Shown: piece after piece, positions 8,595 through 16,049 of the stretch | Numbering within the stretch: position 1 is the first letter of the stretch | Layout of the letters: each line of letters starts with the position of its first letter | NCBI GenBank assembly: GCA_037133055.1 | Contig: JBAXOY010000055.1 | Coordinates: 1-19,479 of the forward strand | Origin: Chlamydiota bacterium | GTDB lineage: Bacteria > Auribacterota > Tritonobacteria > UBA1439 | Length of the DNA: 19,479 nucleotides | Reading direction: 5' to 3' | The notes under the pieces: generated by a model | Seen by the model: only the letters and a program-made list of their open reading frames with translations | Told to the model about the DNA's origin: nothing | The model's database searches: none | Program-made: the position numbers and the translations under genes

Positions 8595-9397
8595 AGACGA
8601 TACACCCGACCGCCGTCATCCACCCCGCCGCGGAGATCGCGGATGACGTGACGGTGGGACCCTACGTCGTGATCGAGGAGGACGTGGCGATCGGGCGCGG
8701 CACCACGATAGACAGCCACGCCTGCGTCAAGCGCTTCACGACGATCGGCGAGGGCAACAGACTCCACTGCGGGGTGGTGCTCGGGGACCTGCCCCAGTCG
8801 CTTTCCTTCAAGGGCGCCCCGAGTTTCCTTCGCATAGGCGCGGGCAACACCTTCAGGGAGCACGTGACCATCCACCGCTCGATGATCGAGGGCGGGGCGA
8901 CCGTGATCGGCGACCACAACTATTTCATGGCGCTCTCCCACGCCGGGCACGACTGCGTGATCGGCAACCGCACCATCATCACGAGCTGCGCGCTCATCGC
9001 GGGGCACACGGTCGTCGAGGACAACGTCATCATCTCGGGCGCGGTGGTCATACACCAGTTCACCCGCATCGGACGCCTGGCGATGCTGAGCGGCCTTTCC
9101 GCGGTGAACCGCGACATCCCCCCGTTCGTCATCGCGGGCGGCCGTCCCGCCTCCGCCTCCGGGCTGAACGTGGTCGGTCTCCGGCGCGCCGGCGTGACGC
9201 AGGCGGCCCGGACCCGTCTCAAGGAGGCGTTCAAGATCTTCTACACCTCCGGCCTCAACGCCTCCCGGGCGCTCGAGGATATCGAAAAGGGCGAGATGAC
9301 GCCGGAGGTGCGCCAGTTCACGGAGTTCATCCGGGCCTCGAAGCGGGGGGTCTGCCGCTACGCGGAGTGGGCCGAGGATCGGGGCGCCGACTTTTGA
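8591..9397 (+). CDS. lpxA: Acyl-ACP--UDP-N-acetylglucosamine acyltransferase (LpxA family)
   Basis: IHPTAVI hexapeptide repeats, FREHVTIHR, SHAGHDC (catalytic His), AGH, IHQF, DIPPF, GLNVVGLRR; ATGA overlap with lpxK. Confidence 0.92.
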   Translation: MKTIHPTAVIHPAAEIADDVTVGPYVVIEEDVAIGRGTTIDSHACVKRFTTIGEGNRLHCGVVLGDLPQSLSFKGAPSFLRIGAGNTFREHVTIHRSMIEGGATVIGDHNYFMALSHAGHDCVIGNRTIITSCALIAGHTVVEDNVIISGAVVIHQFTRIGRLAMLSGLSAVNRDIPPFVIAGGRPASASGLNVVGLRRAGVTQAARTRLKEAFKIFYTSGLNASRALEDIEKGEMTPEVRQFTEFIRASKRGVCRYAEWAEDRGADF

Positions 9398-9435
9398 GTC
9401 CCGCCGCATCGGCGCGCACGGGCGGTTTCCATGCC

Positions 9436-10437
9436 ATGAAACCATACCAGCGTCTCGCGCTCATCATGCTGGCCTCGGTCCTCGTGAGCTGCCTTATCAC
9501 GCCGTGGGTGTCGCTCGGCATCGGGGCGCTTCGCGGCGGGTTCCCGGGCATGCGCGCGGCGCTCGATTTCCCCTTCGACCGGGTGATGCGGCGGGTCGTC
9601 CTCGTCGTCAGCGTGACCCTCCTTTTCCTCGATCGCCGCAGGCTCGAAATCGCCTCCCTGGCCTCGATGGGCCTCAAGCGCGCGGACAAGCGGCAGGCCC
9701 TCCTCGCGCGGGGGTGGCTCCTGGGGGCGGGCGCGCTCGCCGCGATGCTCCTCGTCATGACGCTCTCCGGCGCCCGGGCCCCGGGGCTTTTTTTCTCGGG
9801 CCCGGGGGAGCTCGCATTCGAGCTCGGGAAGGCCTTCATCACCGGCGTGGTGGTCGCCTTCATCGAGGAGATATTTTTCAGGGGGTTCGTCCTCCAGGCC
9901 CTCCTCCGCAATCTGCCCCGCTCATCCGCCGTGATCGCCATGAGCGCCTTCTTCGCACTCGTGCACTTCTTCAACGCCTCCGACATGCCGACGCCCTCCT
10001 CCTTCGACCCGCTCCTCGGCTTCAAGGCCGTCGCGTACTTCTTCACGCCGCTCCTCACCCCGTCGGAGGTGCTCCCGGGGTTCATCGGCCTCTTTCTCTT
10101 CGGCGTCGTCCTCGGCTGCGCGGTCCTCCGGACCGGCTCCCTGTATCTCGCGATCGGCCTTCACGCGGGCTGCGTGTTCGGGATAAAGGCGGAGGGGCTG
10201 TTCCTGAACCGTGTAAAAATAGCGCCCTGGTTCTTCGGCGACGGGCGGGTGGTCACCGGCGTCTTCGGCTGGATCGCGCTCCTCGCCCTGCTCGGAGCGG
10301 TGCTTTACTTAAATCCCAAATCCCCCCCCTACGCCAAGGCTGCGGGGGGCAGGCAAATCCCAAATCCCAACGGAAGAGAAATTCCCGACTCCCGACCCCA
10401 AAATCCAAAAAGCAGAGAGGATCTCGAACCGACATGA
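9436..10437 (+). CDS. CPBP (Abi/CAAX type II) family intramembrane metalloprotease
   Basis: Multiple transmembrane segments with EEIFFRG, FALVH and IGLH motifs. An alternative in-frame TTG at 9394 overlaps the lpxA stop. The last ~40 aa are repeat-derived. Confidence 0.88.
   Translation: MKPYQRLALIMLASVLVSCLITPWVSLGIGALRGGFPGMRAALDFPFDRVMRRVVLVVSVTLLFLDRRRLEIASLASMGLKRADKRQALLARGWLLGAGALAAMLLVMTLSGARAPGLFFSGPGELAFELGKAFITGVVVAFIEEIFFRGFVLQALLRNLPRSSAVIAMSAFFALVHFFNASDMPTPSSFDPLLGFKAVAYFFTPLLTPSEVLPGFIGLFLFGVVLGCAVLRTGSLYLAIGLHAGCVFGIKAEGLFLNRVKIAPWFFGDGRVVTGVFGWIALLALLGAVLYLNPKSPPYAKAAGGRQIPNPNGREIPDSRPQNPKSREDLEPT
10311..10410 (+). repeat. AAATCCC heptamer array interrupted by a ~30-bp GC-rich hairpin (REP-like)
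   Basis: AAATCCCAAATCCC at 10311-10324 and 10355-10368 flank CCCCCTACGCCAAGGCTGCGGGGGGCAGGC; degenerate units (AATTCCC, GACTCCC, GACCCCA, AAATCCA) follow. Confidence 0.8.
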
Positions 10438-10455
10438 GCGCCGCAGGGACACGCC

Positions 10456-11364
10456 ATGGCTGAAGACCGCATTCCCTGGACGCAGTATCCACCCTATTTC
10501 CTTTTCAGGGCGTTCTGCGGGACCGTGCGCCTCCTGCCCGAGGGGCTCGCGTACCGCATCGCCGCGGGCCTGTCCCGGATCGTCTGTTTCCTGGATGTGG
10601 AGCACCGGAGGGTGGCGCTCGCGAACCTCGACCTCGCATTCGGCGACACGAAGACCGCACGAGAGAAACGCCTGATCGCGCGGGGTTCCTATCGGAACCT
10701 CTTCCTCTCAATGACCGAGTTCATCCTCACGCCGAAGATTCGGCGGAGGCGGGAGCCGTTCAGCAGGATGTTCGGCGTGCCGATCATCACGGACGCCCTG
10801 CGGAGGGGCAAGGGGATCCTGTTCCTGATCAGCCACTTCGGCAACTGGGAAACCATGGCGACGTGCACCCCCGAGGTCAGGGGGATCATCCTGACGGTCG
10901 ACAGGCCGTTCAGGAACCCCCTCATCCACCGGGAGGTCGAAAAACTCCGCGCCATGAACAACCTCATATCGATCGGGAAGAAGTGGGTGGTGCGGGAGAT
11001 CATCCGTCATCTCAGAGAGAACGGGGGCGTAACCATCATGGCGGACCAGTACGCGGGCCGGAATGCCCCGTTCGTGCCGTTCTTCGGGCGCCCCGTCTCG
11101 ACGACCACGACGGTCCCCCTCCTCGCCCTGAAGACGGGCGCGACAGTCATCCCGGCATTTGACGTGCGCGTCGGGTACGGCCGCCACGAGGTCCACCTCT
11201 GCGAGCCGCTGTCGATCCCGGACACGGGCGACCGGGAGGCCGACATCGCGGAGGGCTGCGCCAGGATAAACCGTGTGATCGAGGAGTGGGTCCGCCGCTA
11301 CCCCGACCACTGGCTCTGGATGGCGCGCCGGTGGCGGCGGAAGAAGATGCCGGAGGAGAGATGA
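10456..11364 (+). CDS. lpxL: Lipid A late acyltransferase (LpxL/HtrB family), copy 1
   Basis: ANLDLAFG, SHFGNWE (H-X4-E), DQYAG, VPFFG, LALKTGA, YPDHWLWMARRW; LPS operon context. Confidence 0.88.
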   Translation: MAEDRIPWTQYPPYFLFRAFCGTVRLLPEGLAYRIAAGLSRIVCFLDVEHRRVALANLDLAFGDTKTAREKRLIARGSYRNLFLSMTEFILTPKIRRRREPFSRMFGVPIITDALRRGKGILFLISHFGNWETMATCTPEVRGIILTVDRPFRNPLIHREVEKLRAMNNLISIGKKWVVREIIRHLRENGGVTIMADQYAGRNAPFVPFFGRPVSTTTTVPLLALKTGATVIPAFDVRVGYGRHEVHLCEPLSIPDTGDREADIAEGCARINRVIEEWVRRYPDHWLWMARRWRRKKMPEER

Positions 11365-11382
11365 GCGACACGGGAATGAGCC

Positions 11383-12291
11383 ATGGCTGAAGATCGCGTT
11401 TCATGGACGCAGTATCCGGCCTTTTTTCTCTTCATGGGTCTCTGCGGGATCATCCGGCTCCTGCCCGAGCGGAGCGCGTACCGCCTCGCCGAGGGCCTCT
11501 CCCTGCTCGCCTACCTCGCGGACCGGCGGCACCGCAGGGTGGCGCACGCAAACCTCGACCTCGCGTTCGGGGACACGAAGACCGCGCGGGAAAAGCGGGC
11601 AATCGTCAGGGGCTCCTACCGGAACTTCTGCCTCACCGTAATCGAGTTCATCCTCACGCCGAAGATTCGGCGGAGGCGGGAGCCGTTCAGCAGGATGTTC
11701 GGCGTGCCGATCATCACGGACGCCCTGCGGAGGGGCAAGGGGATCCTGTTCCTGATCAGCCACTTCGGCAACTGGGAAACCATGGCGACGTGCACCCCCG
11801 AGGTCAGGGGGATCATCGCGGCGATCGGCAGGCCGATCCGGAATCTTCTCATTTACCGCGAGATCGAGAGGCTCCGCGCCATGAACAACCTCAAGCCCCT
11901 CAGGAAGAAGTGGGTGGTGCGGGAGATCATCGACCATCTCAGGCGGAACGGGGGCGTGACCGTCCTGATCGACCAGTACGCGGGCCGGTATGCCCCGTTC
12001 GTCCCGTTCTTCGGGCAGCCGGTCTCCACGACCACGATGGCCCCGCTCCTCGCCCTTAAGACGGGCGCGGCGGTCATACCGGCGTTCGATGTGCGCGTCC
12101 GGTACGGGTACCACGAGGTCCATGTCTGCCGGCCGATCGAAGTGCCGGACACGGGCGACCGGGAGGCCGACATCGCGGAGGGCTGCGCCAGGATAAACCG
12201 TGTGATCGAGGAGTGGGTCCGCCGCTACCCCGACCACTGGCTCTGGATGGCGCGCCGGTGGCGGCGGAAGAAGATGCCGGGGGAGAGATGA
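11383..12291 (+). CDS. lpxL: Lipid A late acyltransferase (LpxL/HtrB family), copy 2
   Basis: Same motifs, 302 aa; about 60 residue differences from copy 1 by hand count (~80% identity), 927-bp offset. Confidence 0.88.
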   Translation: MAEDRVSWTQYPAFFLFMGLCGIIRLLPERSAYRLAEGLSLLAYLADRRHRRVAHANLDLAFGDTKTAREKRAIVRGSYRNFCLTVIEFILTPKIRRRREPFSRMFGVPIITDALRRGKGILFLISHFGNWETMATCTPEVRGIIAAIGRPIRNLLIYREIERLRAMNNLKPLRKKWVVREIIDHLRRNGGVTVLIDQYAGRYAPFVPFFGQPVSTTTMAPLLALKTGAAVIPAFDVRVRYGYHEVHVCRPIEVPDTGDREADIAEGCARINRVIEEWVRRYPDHWLWMARRWRRKKMPGER

Positions 12292-13304
12292 GCGACACGG
12301 TGAGGATCGTGATCAGGGGGACAAACTGGCTGGGAGACTCGGTGATCACCATCCCGGCGGTCCGCGCGCTCCGCGCCCTGTTCCCGGGCTCCCCGATCAC
12401 CATGCTCGCCCCCGAAAACCTCGCCGGCCTCTGGGAGCACGAGGGCTCCGTCGACCGCGTCCTCCCCGTGCCGAGACCCACCCGCCTCCGGGACGCGCGC
12501 GCCCTGCTCGCGGCGCTCAGGCGGGACCGGTACGACCTGGGAGTCCTCTTCCCGAACTCGTTTTCCTCGGCCCTCCTGTTCTTCCTCGGCGGGGTCCGCG
12601 CGCGCCTCGGCTACGCGACGGACGGCCGCTCCCTCCTCCTCACCTCCCGCGTTCCCCCGCCGCGCGCGGGCGGGCACCAGGTGCAGCGCTACCTCGCGCT
12701 CGTGCGGACCCTCGGGCCGGTCGAGGCCGACACCCGCCCCGTCCTCCGCGTGCCCGAATCCCTCCTCGCGTGGGCGGACGCGCTGCTCCACGGGAGTGGG
12801 ATCGCCCCAGGGCGGACGATCGTGGGGTTGAACGCGGGCTCGACGTACGGCGAGGCGAAATGCTGGCCGCCGGAGAGGTTCGCCGCCCTCGCCCGGATGC
12901 TCCGGGACCGATGCGGGGTCGCAATAGTCGCGGTGGGCGGGCCGCGCGAGCGCGCGCGCGCCGAGTCCGTCTGCGCGCCGCTCGGCCCCGACGCGCTGAA
13001 CGCCGCGGGTGAAACGACGGTGATGCAGTGCGCAGCCCTCGCCGGACGCTGCGCCGCGTTCGTGAGCAACGACACGGGACCGATGCACCTCGCCGCCGCG
13101 GTGGGGACGCCGGTCGTCGCGGTCATCGGACCGACCGACCCCGGGGCCACGGGCCCCCTCGGGGAGCACGTGATCGTCAGGAGGGAGACCGCGTGCGCGC
13201 CGTGCCTGAAGAGGCGGTGCCCCACGGATCACCGGTGCATGACCGCCATCACGGCGGAGGACGTCTTCGCGGCGGTAAAGAAACTCCTGCCTCCTGCTTC
13301 TTAA
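12288..13304 (+). CDS. waaF: LPS heptosyltransferase II (GT9)
   Basis: IRGTNWLGDSV, LFPNSFSSA, GSTYGEAKCWP, VSNDTGPMHLAAAVGTP, CAPCLKRRCPTDHRCM; ATGA overlap with lpxL copy 2. Confidence 0.92.
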   Translation: MSDTVRIVIRGTNWLGDSVITIPAVRALRALFPGSPITMLAPENLAGLWEHEGSVDRVLPVPRPTRLRDARALLAALRRDRYDLGVLFPNSFSSALLFFLGGVRARLGYATDGRSLLLTSRVPPPRAGGHQVQRYLALVRTLGPVEADTRPVLRVPESLLAWADALLHGSGIAPGRTIVGLNAGSTYGEAKCWPPERFAALARMLRDRCGVAIVAVGGPRERARAESVCAPLGPDALNAAGETTVMQCAALAGRCAAFVSNDTGPMHLAAAVGTPVVAVIGPTDPGATGPLGEHVIVRRETACAPCLKRRCPTDHRCMTAITAEDVFAAVKKLLPPAS

Positions 13305-13340
13305 TGTGTATCGCTTACGGCTTACAGCTTAGGGCTCAGG
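13284..13340 (+). repeat. Heptamer tandem repeats at the waaF/GT4 junction
   Basis: CTCCTGC x2 (13284-13297); GCTTACG-GCTTACA-GCTTAGG-GCTCAGG (13313-13340). Confidence 0.75.
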
Positions 13341-13345
13341 ACCAC

Positions 13346-14497
13346 ATGAAGATCGCCTTCCTCATCCACGACTACAGCCCCTCCCGGGGCGGGCAGGAGC
13401 GCTATCTGGCGCGCCTTATCGGCGCCCTCGCGTCCGGCGGCCACGACCTGCACATCTTCGCCGCCCGCGGCGAGGCGGGTGCGGAAGGCGGGTTCGCGTT
13501 TCACCGGGTCCCCCTGCCCGCTTTGGCGGGCCCTTCCCTCAGTGCCCTCCTGTTCATCCGGGGCGCGCGCCGCATGCTCGCCGCCGAAAAATGGGACATC
13601 GTGAGCGGCCTCGTCCGCTTTTATCCGCTCGACGTCTACCGGATGGGGGGCGGCGTGCACCGGGTCTGGCTCCGGGAAAAAGCGGACACCGCGGCCGGGC
13701 GGATGGTCTCGTACACCCGCCCCTTCACCTGGCTCGCCCTGCGCCTCGAAAAACAGCTCTTCGACCCCCGCCGGTGCCGCCGCATCGTCGCCAACTCCCG
13801 CCTCTGCCGCGGCCAGCTCCTCGGCCTCTATCCGTACCCCCCCGAGCGGGTATCGGTGATCTACAACGGGGTCGACCACGACGCCTTTCACCCGCGCCTC
13901 CGGGCCGCGCACCGCGAGGCGGTCCGCGCCGAACTCGGCATCCCCGGCGGCGCGACGGCGGCGCTGTTCGTTTCCAACAACCCCGGCCGGAAGGGACTCG
14001 AAACCGCGCTCCGCGCCATCGCCATCCCGCAGGGAGGACGGCCGCACCTGCTCGTCGCGGGGAGGGGGCGCACGGAGCGGTTCGCCGCGCTCGCCCGGGA
14101 GCTCGGCGTCGCCTCGCGCGTCCGATTTCTCGGGCATGTCCCGGATGTGCGGCCTTACTACGGCGCCGCCGACTACCTCGTCCTCCCCACCCGCTACGAT
14201 CCGTTCGCCAACGTCTGCCTGGAGGCGATGGCGTGCGGCCTCCCGGTCGTCACCACGCGGGCGAACGGGGCCTCGGAGATCATAGAGGAGGGCAAAGACG
14301 GCTTCGTCATCGCCGACCCCCGGGACGCGGAGGCCCTGTCCCGCCCGATGGGGGCGCTCGCAGGCGGGGAGGCGCGGGCGCGCATGGCGGAGGCCGCGCG
14401 CGTCAAGTCGCTCGCCTTCACCGTCCGGGCGAACGCGGAGGCGACCCTCGCCGTGTACCGGCAGGTGCTGGAGGAGAGGCATGGAACTGCGCGCTGA
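13346..14497 (+). CDS. GT4 glycosyltransferase of the LPS core (WabG/WaaG-like)
   Basis: MKIAFL..GGQERY, DVYRMGGGVH, IYNGVD, RKGL, LPTRYDPFANVCLEAMACGLPVVTT. An alternative in-frame ATG at 13304 overlaps the waaF stop. Confidence 0.9.
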   Translation: MKIAFLIHDYSPSRGGQERYLARLIGALASGGHDLHIFAARGEAGAEGGFAFHRVPLPALAGPSLSALLFIRGARRMLAAEKWDIVSGLVRFYPLDVYRMGGGVHRVWLREKADTAAGRMVSYTRPFTWLALRLEKQLFDPRRCRRIVANSRLCRGQLLGLYPYPPERVSVIYNGVDHDAFHPRLRAAHREAVRAELGIPGGATAALFVSNNPGRKGLETALRAIAIPQGGRPHLLVAGRGRTERFAALARELGVASRVRFLGHVPDVRPYYGAADYLVLPTRYDPFANVCLEAMACGLPVVTTRANGASEIIEEGKDGFVIADPRDAEALSRPMGALAGGEARARMAEAARVKSLAFTVRANAEATLAVYRQVLEERHGTAR

Positions 14498-15326
14498 CGG
14501 CAGGGGAACGGTGATCATCGACCCGCGTTACGCGGACGCGCTCGGGGACCGCGGCCTCGACTCGTTCTCCGCCCTGATGGACTTTCCCGGGGACGGCCCG
14601 GCGAGGGACAAGGGGACGAGAAGGATCGTGCGCGTCGTTTTGCCCGGCCCTCCCCCGGCCACGCTCTACCTGAAGCAGCACCGCCGCGGCTCGATCCGCG
14701 AAGCCCTCGCGGACCTCCTCATGGGCAGGATGCCGCGCTCGGCGGCGGCGCGCGAGTGGGAGTCGATCGCGGACCTCCGCGCCGCGGGCGTGGCGACGAT
14801 GGCCCCGGTGGCCCGCGGCGAGCGGCGCCGTCTCCCCTGGCTCGGCGGCTCGTTCATCCTGACCGCGGGGGTCGAAGGGGCGCGGCTCGAGGACTACGCC
14901 CGCGGTTTTGGTGGGAACTTCCGCGAGAAGAGGTGTATACTGTCGGCTCTGGCCGGGTGTGCGCGCCTGATGCACGGGGCGGGGTTCACGCACAGGGATT
15001 TCTACCTGTGCCATGTATTTTTGCTCCCCCCCGCGGCGGGGGGAGGGCTGGCCCTCATCGATCTGCAGCGGGTGAGGCGGAACGCCTGGGGGCACAAACG
15101 CCGGGTGGTCAAGGACCTCGCGGCGCTGAACTATTCCGCGCCCTCCCCCGCGGTGACACGGGCGGACCGCGTGCGGTTCCTCCTCGACTACCTCGGGCTG
15201 CGGACGCTTGACGCGGGCGGGAGGCGGCTCGCGCGGCGCATCATGAGGAAGACGGAACGGATCAGGAGACACGACCAGGCGAAGCGGGCGCGGGCGGTTC
15301 CCGAAGCCGCCCGGGAGGATACGTGA
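14481..15326 (+). CDS. LPS core kinase (WaaP/InaA/Kdo kinase family)
   Basis: LYLKQH, AAREW, HRDFYLCH (catalytic loop), IDLQR, KDLAALNYS. Confidence 0.88.
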   Translation: MELRADGRGTVIIDPRYADALGDRGLDSFSALMDFPGDGPARDKGTRRIVRVVLPGPPPATLYLKQHRRGSIREALADLLMGRMPRSAAAREWESIADLRAAGVATMAPVARGERRRLPWLGGSFILTAGVEGARLEDYARGFGGNFREKRCILSALAGCARLMHGAGFTHRDFYLCHVFLLPPAAGGGLALIDLQRVRRNAWGHKRRVVKDLAALNYSAPSPAVTRADRVRFLLDYLGLRTLDAGGRRLARRIMRKTERIRRHDQAKRARAVPEAAREDT

Positions 15327-15994
15327 AAGACGTCGTGCGCAATGCGCAGAAGGACCCGCTGTCGAAGCTCACGACGAGCTGGAGCACCCTGTACAAAACG
15401 CGCAGGGAGATCCAGCGGAAGTTCCCCGACTTCTGGGATCTGAAGGTGCGGAAGAAGCACCTCGAGATCGTCCTGGAGGAGGTGAGGGATGGGGACTCGA
15501 TCCTCGACATTGGCTCCTCCACGCGTGAGCTCCGCCACCGTCTCATCGACGTGAGCGGCCGCAGGGTCACCTACAAGAGCATGGACATCGACCGGGAGAC
15601 GAAGCAGGATTACTACTCGATCGAGGAGATCAAGGAAAAGTTCAACGTGATCTTCCTCTTCGAGGTTATCGAGCACCTCTCGTTCGAGGACGGCGTCCAG
15701 CTCCTCGACACCATCTATGACCTGCTCCTCCCCGGGGGGAAGCTGATCCTCACGACCCCCAACTCATTCCACCCGAACCGGTACTGGGAATACTCACACA
15801 AGGTCAGCTACCGCTACGACGAGATCGGAGGGATACTCATCTCGCTCGGCTTCAAGGTGAAAGACATCTTCAGGATCTACAACGACGCCTTCTTCCGCAG
15901 GCTCGTCAGGATCTGGTTAGCCGCCCCCCTCCACAAGTACCTCTGCGTCGATTTCGCGAAGTCGATCCTCGTGGTTGCGGCGAAGGAGAAGTAG
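15323..15994 (+). CDS. Class I SAM-dependent methyltransferase
   Basis: ILDIGSS (motif I), MDID, FEVIEHL, LLPGGKLILTTPN; GTGA overlap with the kinase and GGAGG RBS. Confidence 0.88.
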   Translation: MKDVVRNAQKDPLSKLTTSWSTLYKTRREIQRKFPDFWDLKVRKKHLEIVLEEVRDGDSILDIGSSTRELRHRLIDVSGRRVTYKSMDIDRETKQDYYSIEEIKEKFNVIFLFEVIEHLSFEDGVQLLDTIYDLLLPGGKLILTTPNSFHPNRYWEYSHKVSYRYDEIGGILISLGFKVKDIFRIYNDAFFRRLVRIWLAAPLHKYLCVDFAKSILVVAAKEK

Positions 15995-16049
15995 TCCGCG
16001 CGCCTGCACGGATCACGGTCATCGCGCGCACGCGACCCCTGTGACGCCA

